Source of the DNA: Gammaproteobacteria bacterium
GTDB taxonomy: Bacteria; Pseudomonadota; Gammaproteobacteria; Francisellales; CACEW01
Assembly: GCA_020050355.1 (NCBI GenBank)
Contig: JAGVKT010000117.1
Span: 12,787 to 76,786 of the forward strand
Reading direction: 5' to 3'
Length of the DNA stretch: 64,000 nucleotides
Every line of letters begins with the position of its first letter. Within the stretch, counting starts at the first letter, position 1. This document shows, piece after piece, positions 8,443 to 16,902 of this stretch. The notes under the pieces were generated by a model, which made no database searches, was not told the origin of the DNA, and saw only the letters and a program-made list of their open reading frames with translations. The position numbers were made by a program, and so were the translations under genes.

Positions 8443-10776
8443 TTAATTCCTTTTAGCTCTTAAACCCTCTAGCCATGCTTGTTTTGCTGTTAGCAAATCT
8501 ATGTTTATGTCGTTATCAAATATTAATTTTTGGGTAGGCTCGGTCGTGCCTATTTCTGCAAAATACACCTGAAAATCTTGCAAAATTTTTATAACCGCTG
8601 CTGCATTTTCAGGTGCTGCTTCGATAATAAATCCGCCAGTTTGCGTAAATAAGCGTTTTGCTAATTCAAGTGTTCCAGGAATATTGACTTTAAAACCAAT
8701 ATTATTTTTGAAACTCATCAGCGCAAGTGCAATGACGACACCGCCTTCAGCAATACATTGACAAGCATTTAATAATTTCGCTGTTGCTAAGGCATTGATG
8801 GCATAAATTTCTTGAGCTACGTTAGCGCTGGGTTTAGGAATATTTTTTCCAAGTACGTCAAATAATTGATAATAAGTGCTACCACCACATTCATCGAGGC
8901 GTGCTCCGATCATAATAATTTTTGAAGTTGTTTTTTTAAAATCTGGCGTTAATGCGACGCTTGCATCATCTATAGTGCCAAGACAGCTTACGATCGGGCT
9001 TGCAGGTATTTCTTGATTTTTAGATTCATTATACAAAGAAACATTGCCGCTGATGATGGGTGTGGGAGCCTCTTTATAATCTTTTAGTGGCACAGCCATA
9101 CAAGCTTCTCTTAAGCCTCGAATAGCATCAATGATTTCTTGCATTACCGCGGGTTTTTCTGGATTACCAAAACATAAGCAATCGGTGAGTGCTTGGGGTG
9201 CAGCTCCTGTCGATGCAACTTTGCGCATCGCGTCGATCACTGCATTATAGGCTGTCCAATAAGCATCGATTTTGCCATAACGTGGATTTGCGGCTGTTGC
9301 TAAAACTACGCCTACTTTTTGAATTTCTGGAGGATAACTTTCATCGTTAAAAGGTGTTAATACTGCTGCTGTAGCCATACCTCGCTCGATCAAGGTGCGG
9401 CCCTGAACTTGTTTGTCATAGCATTCAAAAATAGGTTGTCGTGAAGCGATGTTCTCATGTGCAAGCAAACGTAATATAGTTTCTGTCAATGAATGCGCAG
9501 CTAATTTAGGCTCGCTTAAAGACTTTATTGCTGTCTGATGCGGACGATCATAGAGAATGCCACTGGTTACATCTTTAGCTTTTGCATCGACAATGATCTC
9601 GCCATGGTAAGACACTACAAAGCGCTGGTCTTTGCGGATCTTTCCGATAAGGCTTGCGCTTGCTCCAGGAGACACCCGTGGTAGCGCAAAGGTTTCGTTA
9701 TAATGTTTCAAAATAATCGGCGTCAATTCAGCAGGTACTGCCCATAAATAACGCTCTTGTGTTTCGGCGCAGAGAATCACTTGTGGTAATAAATTTTTCA
9801 TGGCCACATGAACTTTTTCTAAAAATACTTCGCAGCCAAAGCCGCCGGCATCAGCAATTTCGACGGTAGCGCAAGAAATTCCTCCTGCACCCAAATCTTT
9901 AAAAGCCACTTTATTAATTAAATTTTTTTCTTGTAAATATTTAAATAAAGCATAATTGGCTTTTAATAAATGCCGCCCTAAAAAAGCGTTCGGCTCTTGC
10001 ACCGCGCCTTTGTTGGTTTCAAGATCTTCTTCATTTAAAGTTAAGGATGAAAAACTAGCGCCGCCAAAGCCACTGTTATCAGTGGGCTTGCCAACTAAAA
10101 TCAATTCATAATTTTCGCCACCTTGCGGCACATATGAATGAATTAAATGATCTTCGCGTACCAAACCAATGGTAACCACTGTCACTAAGCAATTATCCTG
10201 ATAAGCGCTATCGTAATAAACATCACCCGCAATATTCGGAATTCCTAAAGGATTCCCGTAACCAGCAATACCCGCAACTACGCCTTCATCGATAAAATGC
10301 GTACGTGGGTCGCTTAAGTCGCCAAAACGTAAACAATCCGCCACGCCAATTACTTCAGCACCCATACAGCAAACATCACGTACATTACCACCTACGCCAG
10401 TTGCAGCACCTTCATAAGGAACGATCTGGGATGGGTGATTATGGGACTCGTGGCTAATCACCACACCGTAACGTAAACCTTTTGCATCAGTCGCTACTGC
10501 GACTACGCCCGCATCTTCTCGGGGGCCCAAGATTACGTTAGGTGCATCGGTCGGTAAAGTTTTAAGATGAATGCGTGTGCTTTTATAAGAACAATGCTCA
10601 GAACCTTGAATTGACCAAAGCACGCATTCTGCAAGGGTAGGCGGGCGTCCTAAGAGTTCTTGTATTTTTATTGCTTCTTCAACTTTAAGGGTAAGTCGAT
10701 GCTCGGTCAGAATTTTTTGAATTTCAGCTAGAGATCGTTTTTTAAAATCAAAATTTGGATTAACAACCGCTTTCAT
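8443..10776 (-). CDS. purL: FGAM synthase subunit II (small-type PurL)
   Basis: 777 aa with duplicated AIR-synthase-like domains (SHNHPS, GGNVRD). The length matches split PurL, not the roughly 1300-aa single-chain form. Confidence 0.95.
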   Translation of the reverse strand: MKAVVNPNFDFKKRSLAEIQKILTEHRLTLKVEEAIKIQELLGRPPTLAECVLWSIQGSEHCSYKSTRIHLKTLPTDAPNVILGPREDAGVVAVATDAKGLRYGVVISHESHNHPSQIVPYEGAATGVGGNVRDVCCMGAEVIGVADCLRFGDLSDPRTHFIDEGVVAGIAGYGNPLGIPNIAGDVYYDSAYQDNCLVTVVTIGLVREDHLIHSYVPQGGENYELILVGKPTDNSGFGGASFSSLTLNEEDLETNKGAVQEPNAFLGRHLLKANYALFKYLQEKNLINKVAFKDLGAGGISCATVEIADAGGFGCEVFLEKVHVAMKNLLPQVILCAETQERYLWAVPAELTPIILKHYNETFALPRVSPGASASLIGKIRKDQRFVVSYHGEIIVDAKAKDVTSGILYDRPHQTAIKSLSEPKLAAHSLTETILRLLAHENIASRQPIFECYDKQVQGRTLIERGMATAAVLTPFNDESYPPEIQKVGVVLATAANPRYGKIDAYWTAYNAVIDAMRKVASTGAAPQALTDCLCFGNPEKPAVMQEIIDAIRGLREACMAVPLKDYKEAPTPIISGNVSLYNESKNQEIPASPIVSCLGTIDDASVALTPDFKKTTSKIIMIGARLDECGGSTYYQLFDVLGKNIPKPSANVAQEIYAINALATAKLLNACQCIAEGGVVIALALMSFKNNIGFKVNIPGTLELAKRLFTQTGGFIIEAAPENAAAVIKILQDFQVYFAEIGTTEPTQKLIFDNDINIDLLTAKQAWLEGLRAKRN

Positions 10777-10976
10777 TTATACTCATTTAAGCAACGTGCT
10801 TTTATGCGGCCTTATTATAGCTGAATTTCACTATTTACGCTAGCATTAAACGCGGGTGGTGGATTTAATTATGATGCAACGTGTAGTTCCCACTGAAAAA
10901 TAATATGTCTTAAAATAAGGCTTTGCCAGAAGATTAAAAAATATTTTTCGCGATGTTTTTTTCGTGACGTTCTAAA

Positions 10977-11387
10977 TTGTTTTATGGTTTCCCAGCAGTT
11001 GACTTTGCTAGAAAAGGTTTTGTCAGATTGGCAGTAGATTGGGCTTCTAATAAATACACTGATATAAATGAGCGTCGATTTGTCCCTCGCGAGATAGATA
11101 TTAATATGACATCAGATTATGTAGCAAAATACATGCGTGGAGTAGCGCCTCGACCCATTAAAATGGCTGCAACGATCCACCCCCAGATGCCCGATAATTT
11201 AAGCGTGCTGGACTTTATGCCACAGCAATATGTCCCTTACCATAAAAATGTGGTGCTATTTACAGGTGGATGGGCCTTTAAATTTATTCCTCTGTTTGGT
11301 AAAGTTTGTGCGGAGCTCGCAGTATATGGTGAAACATCTCATGACATCAGCGAATTCTCTATTTATCGGAAAGGAATCATTAAATAA
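10977..11387 (+). pseudogene. C-terminal remnant of an FAD-dependent amine oxidase (sarcosine / N-methyltryptophan oxidase-like)
   Basis: 136-aa ORF with a TTG start. It resembles only the last ~135 residues of ~375-aa MSOX/SolA-type enzymes (..DNLSVLDFMP....VVLFTGGWAFKFIPLFGKVCAEL..). The FAD-binding N-terminal part is absent, and the 200 bp upstream cannot encode it. Confidence 0.45.
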
Positions 11388-11396
11388 CTCTGGAGA

Positions 11397-12326
11397 ATGT
11401 TTGTGGCTAACACAGAAAAAAATAGATTTTTTATTTTTACTATCTCTATTTTATTTATCTTATTATATGGATCAGGATTCGTAGGAGCAAAACTAGGTTT
11501 TGCTTATGCAAAACCACTTGTGTTTTTAACCTTACGATTTGCTATCTCAGCCCTATTACTTCTTCTCATCGCTTTGATTGTTAAAGCAAAATGGCCTTCT
11601 TGGCGGGAAGCGTTTCATATTGGAGTGGCAGGTCTATTTTTAGTAAGCCTGTTTTCTATCGGAACCTGGGTTTCAATGGATTTGGGCGTGCCGCCCGCCG
11701 TCTCAGCGCTGATTATTGCTTTACAGCCACTTTCCGTCGCAATCGCTTCACATTTTGTATTGAAAAAATCCGTCAATGCTTCTCAGTGGATGGGTTTGGC
11801 GTTGGGATTGCTAGGTGTGGCGCTAGTAGTGAGTAAAAATACTTCATTTAACATGACATACCTAACTGGAATATTTATGTCTTTTCTTGGATTGCTTGGT
11901 CTAACGATAGGCAATCTTTATCAGAAAAAATTTTGCTCAAATATGAATATTTTTACTGGTGGCATCATCCAGTCACTTGCCTCTGGAATCGTTTGCGCTG
12001 TCGGAGCGTTATTATTCGAACCTTTAACCGTGCACTGGACAGGACAGTTCATGTTTGCATTGTTTTGGATGAGCGTCGTGATTTCCATTGGTGCAATCAG
12101 CTTCCTTTATATTCTGATCAGCCAGGGAGAAAGCCATAAAGTCGCCAGTTTATTTTATCTGGTTCCAGTTGCCACAGCCATCATTGCCTATTTAGTGTTT
12201 AAAACCATGCTGAGCCCAATAGAACTGGCTGGTATGCTCATTGCGGTATTGGGTGTAGGATTGGTAAACGTCAAACTTCCCTTTAAGAATAAATCGTTAA
12301 AAACTGTTTCAAAGGAATCAAATTAA
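11397..12326 (+). CDS. EamA/DMT-family transporter
   Basis: 309 aa with about 10 predicted TM helices in two EamA-like halves. Confidence 0.8.
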   Translation: MFVANTEKNRFFIFTISILFILLYGSGFVGAKLGFAYAKPLVFLTLRFAISALLLLLIALIVKAKWPSWREAFHIGVAGLFLVSLFSIGTWVSMDLGVPPAVSALIIALQPLSVAIASHFVLKKSVNASQWMGLALGLLGVALVVSKNTSFNMTYLTGIFMSFLGLLGLTIGNLYQKKFCSNMNIFTGGIIQSLASGIVCAVGALLFEPLTVHWTGQFMFALFWMSVVISIGAISFLYILISQGESHKVASLFYLVPVATAIIAYLVFKTMLSPIELAGMLIAVLGVGLVNVKLPFKNKSLKTVSKESN

Positions 12327-12327
12327 T

Positions 12328-12936
12328 ATGAAAATCTTGGTTGTGGGTGGTACGGGTGCAGTTGGGCGCGCCGTAGTGGCTGAACTAAAATCTCGACATG
12401 AAATTATTGTTGCAGGATCAAAAAGTGGAGAAATAAAGGTTGATATCACTTCCAACGATTCCATAGAAAATGCTTATCAACAAGTAGGTAATCTGGATGC
12501 GGTGGTGGTGACGGCAGGTAAAACTCACTTTGGTCCGCTTTCTGAGATGACAGAAGCACAATTTGCTCTTGGTATACAAAACAAACTCATGGGACAAATT
12601 AATGTGGTATTGAAAGGTCTAAAGTATTTAAACTTCAAAGGTTCTTTTACATTAACCGCTGGTATTTTAAATCATGACCCAGTGCTAATGGGCATCAACG
12701 CAGCGGTTGCAAACGGAGGGATTGAGGGTTTTGTAAAAAGCGCCGCTCTGGATTTGCCAAACTCGTTACGAATTAACGTAGTAAGCCCTACAGTGCTAAG
12801 TGAATCCATGCCCAAATATGGGCCTTATTTTAAAGGTTTTTTGCCTGTCTCAGCTCAGGAAGTTGCTCTAGCTTATGCTAAAAGCGTTGAAGGGGGACAA
12901 ACTGGCCAGATTTACCGTGTGGGATATGTAGTTTAA
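12328..12936 (+). CDS. Short-chain dehydrogenase/reductase (NAD(P)-binding Rossmann fold)
   Basis: 202 aa. N-terminal MKILVVGGTGAVGRAV dinucleotide-binding motif and an SDR-like core. Confidence 0.7.
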   Translation: MKILVVGGTGAVGRAVVAELKSRHEIIVAGSKSGEIKVDITSNDSIENAYQQVGNLDAVVVTAGKTHFGPLSEMTEAQFALGIQNKLMGQINVVLKGLKYLNFKGSFTLTAGILNHDPVLMGINAAVANGGIEGFVKSAALDLPNSLRINVVSPTVLSESMPKYGPYFKGFLPVSAQEVALAYAKSVEGGQTGQIYRVGYVV

Positions 12937-13133
12937 AAAGGAGAACCACTATACCCATTGTACTTAAAAATGCGAATTTTTTAGTGCGATTTTTTTCTGT
13001 TTAATAAACCTTCTTCGCTGCGCAATAGGCTTGCTATTACTTAGCTCCTCAATAATTTATTAAAAAAAACTCTTTGTAAAAATTCCTATATCTTGAAACA
13101 AGGAAGGTATAGCGTGTAAATCTGTGTTAAAGC

Positions 13134-13264
13134 TGTGGATAAACCGGGGATGATCGCAGGCAAAAAAATTATCCCAAATTCGTCCAGGAGTTATTAGCAG
13201 GTTATCCACAAGATAACAAAGCTTTCGCGCTTAACAAATTTATGGGATAGAATAGATATCCACA
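13134..13264. promoter_or_regulatory. DnaA-box cluster
   Basis: TGTGGATAA at 13134-13142 (perfect TTATCCACA on the minus strand). TTATCCCAA at 13169-13177. TTATCCACA at 13202-13210 (perfect). ATATCCACA at 13256-13264, 26 nt before the tsaE ATG. Confidence 0.55.
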
Positions 13265-13289
13265 ATAAAAGCTGCCCTTTATAGTAATA

Positions 13290-13739
13290 ATGAATTTAAA
13301 AGAATATATTCTTATTAATTTAGAAGTGATGGATCATGTGAGTCAAGAATTAAGTGTTTTTTTAAAAAAAGCACCTAAACCTTTTTTTGTTTTTTTAGAA
13401 GGTGATCTTGGAGTAGGCAAAACTACTTTTGTGCAAAGTGTACTTAAAAATTTAGGTATCAAAGAGCGTGTGAAGAGCCCTACTTATACTTTGATTGAAC
13501 AATATAACACTACAGAATTTTTAATTTATCATTTAGATTTGTATCGTTTGCAAGACGCGCGTGAGTTAGAAAACTTAGGTATAACCGATTTGTTTATCGA
13601 ACCTGCATTATTTTTTATTGAATGGCCGAAACAGCTCAATTTTTATGGTATTGAACCACATTTGTCAATGAAATTTACGCTTAGTCCTGAGGGGGGCCGC
13701 CATCTAAGTTTAGCTAGTTCAGCTGTACGTTTTAAATAA
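13290..13739 (+). CDS. tsaE: tRNA t6A37 biosynthesis ATPase TsaE (YjeE)
   Basis: 149 aa with Walker A GDLGVGKTTF, a conserved SPTYTL motif, and the HLDLYRL motif. Confidence 0.85.
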   Translation: MNLKEYILINLEVMDHVSQELSVFLKKAPKPFFVFLEGDLGVGKTTFVQSVLKNLGIKERVKSPTYTLIEQYNTTEFLIYHLDLYRLQDARELENLGITDLFIEPALFFIEWPKQLNFYGIEPHLSMKFTLSPEGGRHLSLASSAVRFK

Positions 13740-13742
13740 GGA

Positions 13743-15560
13743 TTGCCTATGCATCATCCCATTAAAATTTTACCGACTTTGTTGGCGAATCAAATTGCTG
13801 CAGGGGAAGTGGTTGAACGTCCGGCTTCAATCGTTAAAGAGTTGCTAGAAAACAGCATCGACGCTGGCGCTGATGAGATCATTATTCGAATTGAAGAGGG
13901 TGGCATCAAAAATATTAGCATTAGTGATAATGGTAAAGGCATTCCTAAAGAGGAATTATTATTGGCCATTATGCCGCACGCTACCAGCAAAATTTATTCT
14001 CTAGATGATTTAGAAAACTTAAATACCATGGGCTTTCGCGGAGAAGCGTTGGCAAGTATAAGCAGTGTGTCACGTTTTGCGTTAAAGTCGCGCTTTAACG
14101 ATCATCCGGTTGCATACATCTTAGAGTTTGAAGGTAAAGGTGAAGCGCCTAAAATTGCACCAACACAACTTAATCGTGGTACGACTATTATTGTGCGGGA
14201 TTTGTTTTTTAATACGCCAGCGCGGCGTAAATTCTTAAAAAGCCCCAATACTGAATTTCGCCATATTGAAGAAATGGTGCGGCGTATTTCATTAAGTTAT
14301 CCAGAGATTAGTTTTACTTTATATCATCAAGATAAGCTTATTTTAAAGCTGCCTAAAGCGCTTGATGAAGTAATGCAACGTGAGCGTTTACGGCAGATTT
14401 GTGGGATAAGTTTTGTAAATAATATGTTACGTGTTGATCAAGGCGCTACAGGGTTGCATTGTCATGGCTTTATTGGCAAGCCTACTTTGATGCGCGCTAG
14501 TACTGATCTGCAATATGTTTATGTTAATGGCCGTGCCGTAAAAGATAAATTTATTACTCATGCAATTAAGCAGGCCTACAAAGATGTATTGTATGGAGAT
14601 AAACATCCGGCTTTAGTTTTATTTTTGGATATTGATCCGCAGCAAGTTGATGTGAATGTGCATCCGACCAAGAACGAAGTTCGCTTTCGTGATGGGCGAT
14701 TGGTGCATGACTTTATTGTGATGAGCATTGAAAAAACGCTTGCCGGGGTTGCGCTTTTGGGGACGCGCAAAGAAGAAATTTTAAATGTTGTTCCTGTACA
14801 AGGGCACGAAGATTCAAGGCTTCATGCTGGATATTCAGAGAATTTTTTTTCAAAATCTTCAGCACCTAGTCAAAATGAATTAAATTTATATCAAGAATTT
14901 ATAAGTGCGCCGCAAGAAATTAATTTGGCGCAAGTAACGCCGACGCATACCGCATTGGCTGAGATGCCTGTGCCTGCTGCACGTTTTGGTCACGCGTTAG
15001 CACAAGTGCATTATATTTTTATTTTGGCAGAAGTGGCGGATGGTTTGATTCTTGTGGATGCTCACGCAGCGCATGAACGTGTGCTTTATGAACGCTTAAA
15101 AAATACTTGGCGCGAAGTTGCGCTTGCTACTCAAGTATTGTTAGTGCCGCAGAGCGTAATGATGGGAAATTTTGCTAAGCAAACATTGATGGAGCATGCA
15201 GCGCTTTTGGCCGAACTTGGATTTATTATCGATGAACTCACTGAAGAATCCATTGTCGTTCGTGAGGTTCCGGTAGTTTTGGCGCAGGCGGATTTGAGTC
15301 GCTTTTTTAATGGTTTGGTTCATGATTTTGAATTATTAGGCGCCAGTACTTCTAAAGAAGATTATTTAGATCAAATATTAGCAGAGATTGCCTGCCATAG
15401 TGCCATCCAGGCAGGACAGAGCTTGACTTTGAGCCAAATGAACCAACTGTTACAAGATATGGAGTATACACCGAGGATTGATCAATGTAATCATGGTCGT
15501 CCAACTTGGAAGAAATGGTCTAAATCTGAATTAGATCAATTATTTTTACGTGGGCGTTGA
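13743..15560 (+). CDS. mutL: DNA mismatch repair protein MutL
   Basis: 605 aa. N-terminal GHKL ATPase motifs (LANQIAAGEVVERPASIVKELLENSIDAGA, GFRGEAL). The ATG at 13749 is an alternative start. Confidence 0.95.
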   Translation: MPMHHPIKILPTLLANQIAAGEVVERPASIVKELLENSIDAGADEIIIRIEEGGIKNISISDNGKGIPKEELLLAIMPHATSKIYSLDDLENLNTMGFRGEALASISSVSRFALKSRFNDHPVAYILEFEGKGEAPKIAPTQLNRGTTIIVRDLFFNTPARRKFLKSPNTEFRHIEEMVRRISLSYPEISFTLYHQDKLILKLPKALDEVMQRERLRQICGISFVNNMLRVDQGATGLHCHGFIGKPTLMRASTDLQYVYVNGRAVKDKFITHAIKQAYKDVLYGDKHPALVLFLDIDPQQVDVNVHPTKNEVRFRDGRLVHDFIVMSIEKTLAGVALLGTRKEEILNVVPVQGHEDSRLHAGYSENFFSKSSAPSQNELNLYQEFISAPQEINLAQVTPTHTALAEMPVPAARFGHALAQVHYIFILAEVADGLILVDAHAAHERVLYERLKNTWREVALATQVLLVPQSVMMGNFAKQTLMEHAALLAELGFIIDELTEESIVVREVPVVLAQADLSRFFNGLVHDFELLGASTSKEDYLDQILAEIACHSAIQAGQSLTLSQMNQLLQDMEYTPRIDQCNHGRPTWKKWSKSELDQLFLRGR

Positions 15561-15686
15561 TTGTATATCAAACAAACTTCTATATTTAATCTTAAAATTT
15601 ATTTTGATTAAAAAATTATTTATTTTATTAATTTTAATTGATTAAATTTGCGAATAATATTATAATTATATAAAAATAACTTGTGA

Positions 15687-16736
15687 TTGGAAATGATGAT
15701 GGCAGCAGCAGCGGGGGGAGCGGGCGCTGGCGCAGGCGCTGGTGCGGCGGGAGCAGAAGTGTCCACAGCAGATGGGCCACCTACATTAGCAGAATCAAAA
15801 TTTATCAGAGCTTATCATCAGTTGCATTATTTAGCAGGCCTTATTTTGCAAAGAAAAGATATCCTTACAGAAAAAAAATGCCGCATCGATAGAATTATCT
15901 GCAAATTGCTATGTGAATTATTAAATGTCGGAGTAGTTCCTACGTCAGCTCTAAGAGCAGCTTGTTCACCTGATAGTTTTTTTGCTGATTCTGTTTTTGA
16001 GGTGGATGAGATGTGTAGAGACTTTAAATTTGCAGTTAAAAATTTTTTTGAAATTTATCCCGATACATATATTGGGAATAAGCATTTTGATACTACCTGT
16101 GGTCGAAAGTTGTCTGCTTTTTCTTGCGAAGATTTACCTTTGGTGTTACTTAAAGAAGATCTAGATATTTTGGGAGCAGCATGGGGTGAATATTATATAA
16201 ACTTAGTGGATAAGAAAATAGTTGATGGGGTCGATACTTTAAAAAGTTTGGAGAAGTTTGCAAGTGCAATTGCTGGGAGTCCAAATATTATTGGTCTATC
16301 TGGACAATTATTTTTACTTTTATTTAGTGATTCTAGCAGCGCTGATGAAAGCGATAATTTTTCTGCTTTTCGGAAAAAGCTTAACATGGCAATAGAGGAA
16401 ATTCATGGATTATTTTTAGAAAATGACGCTGATTTTATGCGTGCTTTAAAAAATAAAGATTTTTCGGAATTAATGCGTTCGACTTATTCTTTATTGTTAC
16501 TACTTGCGGCTACTTTAAAAGTAGATTTTGAACCCTGCCCGCCTCTTGAAAGAATATTTTATTTACGAGTAGGAACTTTTTGTTTTGATGGAAAATCGTT
16601 AATGCAGGCTTTTATTAGAAAGCAAGTTCATCGTAGAGAAGCACCAGTAGCAGATGGAAGCACTGCTACTGCGGGAGCTTTCTTTGATCCTTTGTTTCAA
16701 GCATTAGATTCATTTGCAGCAATGTTCCATAGATAA
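15687..16736 (+). CDS. Orphan protein with an N-terminal Ala/Gly repeat (candidate secreted effector)
   Basis: 349-aa ORF; the most likely start is the ATG at 15693. No family was recognised. The N-terminus is MMMAAAAGGAGAGAGAGAAGAE. It is flanked by very AT-rich DNA. Confidence 0.55.
   Translation: MEMMMAAAAGGAGAGAGAGAAGAEVSTADGPPTLAESKFIRAYHQLHYLAGLILQRKDILTEKKCRIDRIICKLLCELLNVGVVPTSALRAACSPDSFFADSVFEVDEMCRDFKFAVKNFFEIYPDTYIGNKHFDTTCGRKLSAFSCEDLPLVLLKEDLDILGAAWGEYYINLVDKKIVDGVDTLKSLEKFASAIAGSPNIIGLSGQLFLLLFSDSSSADESDNFSAFRKKLNMAIEEIHGLFLENDADFMRALKNKDFSELMRSTYSLLLLLAATLKVDFEPCPPLERIFYLRVGTFCFDGKSLMQAFIRKQVHRREAPVADGSTATAGAFFDPLFQALDSFAAMFHR
15702..15755 (+). repeat. GC-rich GCN/GGN codon repeat (Ala4-Gly2-(Ala-Gly)4...) inside the orphan ORF
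   Basis: Read directly: gca gca gca gcg ggg gga gcg ggc gct ggc gca ggc gct ggt gcg gcg gga gca. This contrasts sharply with the >85% A+T upstream region. Confidence 0.9.
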
Positions 16737-16774
16737 ATTTTTTGCCAATTTATATTCAAAACTTTCGAAACTCC

Positions 16775-16803
16775 TTGACAAATAAAGCCTTGGGCTTTAT
16801 GAT
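16775..16803 (+). promoter_or_regulatory. Sigma70-type promoter for tRNA-Arg
   Basis: TTGACA (16775-16780), a 17-nt spacer, then TATGAT (16798-16803). The tRNA 5' end lies 12 nt downstream. Confidence 0.5.
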
Positions 16804-16815
16804 TTCAGGCCTTGT

Positions 16816-16892
16816 GCGCCCGTAGCTCAGCTGGATAGAGTACCTGGCTACGAACCAGGCGGTCGGGAGTTCGAATCTCTCCGGGCGCACCA
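16816..16892 (+). tRNA. tRNA-Arg (anticodon ACG)
   Basis: Folds as a cloverleaf: acceptor GCGCCCG/CGGGCGC, anticodon stem CCTGG/CCAGG with loop CTACGAA, T-loop GGGAGTTCGAATCTCTC, and an encoded CCA. It is near-identical in pattern to E. coli tRNA-Arg(ACG). Confidence 0.95.
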
Positions 16893-16902
16893 AATTTTTT
16901 GG

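Noticed and set aside
10785-10885. A possible PurR operator upstream of purL: inverted repeat AAGCA-ACG-TGCTT at ~10789-10801, and a second GCAACGTG at ~10873.
   Set aside because: It matches the E. coli PUR box (ACGCAAACGTTTGCGT) only in the GCAA half. The 5-3-5 spacing is wrong for a LacI-family 16-bp operator, and the element abuts the start codon. This is not enough to call.
11230-11484. An 84-aa ORF bridging the oxidase remnant and the EamA gene, plus the other internal plus- and minus-strand ORFs of 60-118 aa listed throughout the track (for example 368-646, 7029-7385, 33376-33648 and 44109-44408).
   Set aside because: All are nested in or antisense to strongly supported conserved genes. 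They have low-complexity or odd composition and no independent start signals.
15683-15892. A 69-aa alternative-frame ORF (MIGNDDGSSSGGSGRWRRRWCGG...).
   Set aside because: It is a frame-shifted reading of the GC-rich GCN/GGN repeat at the start of the 349-aa ORF. The longer frame is far more plausible.
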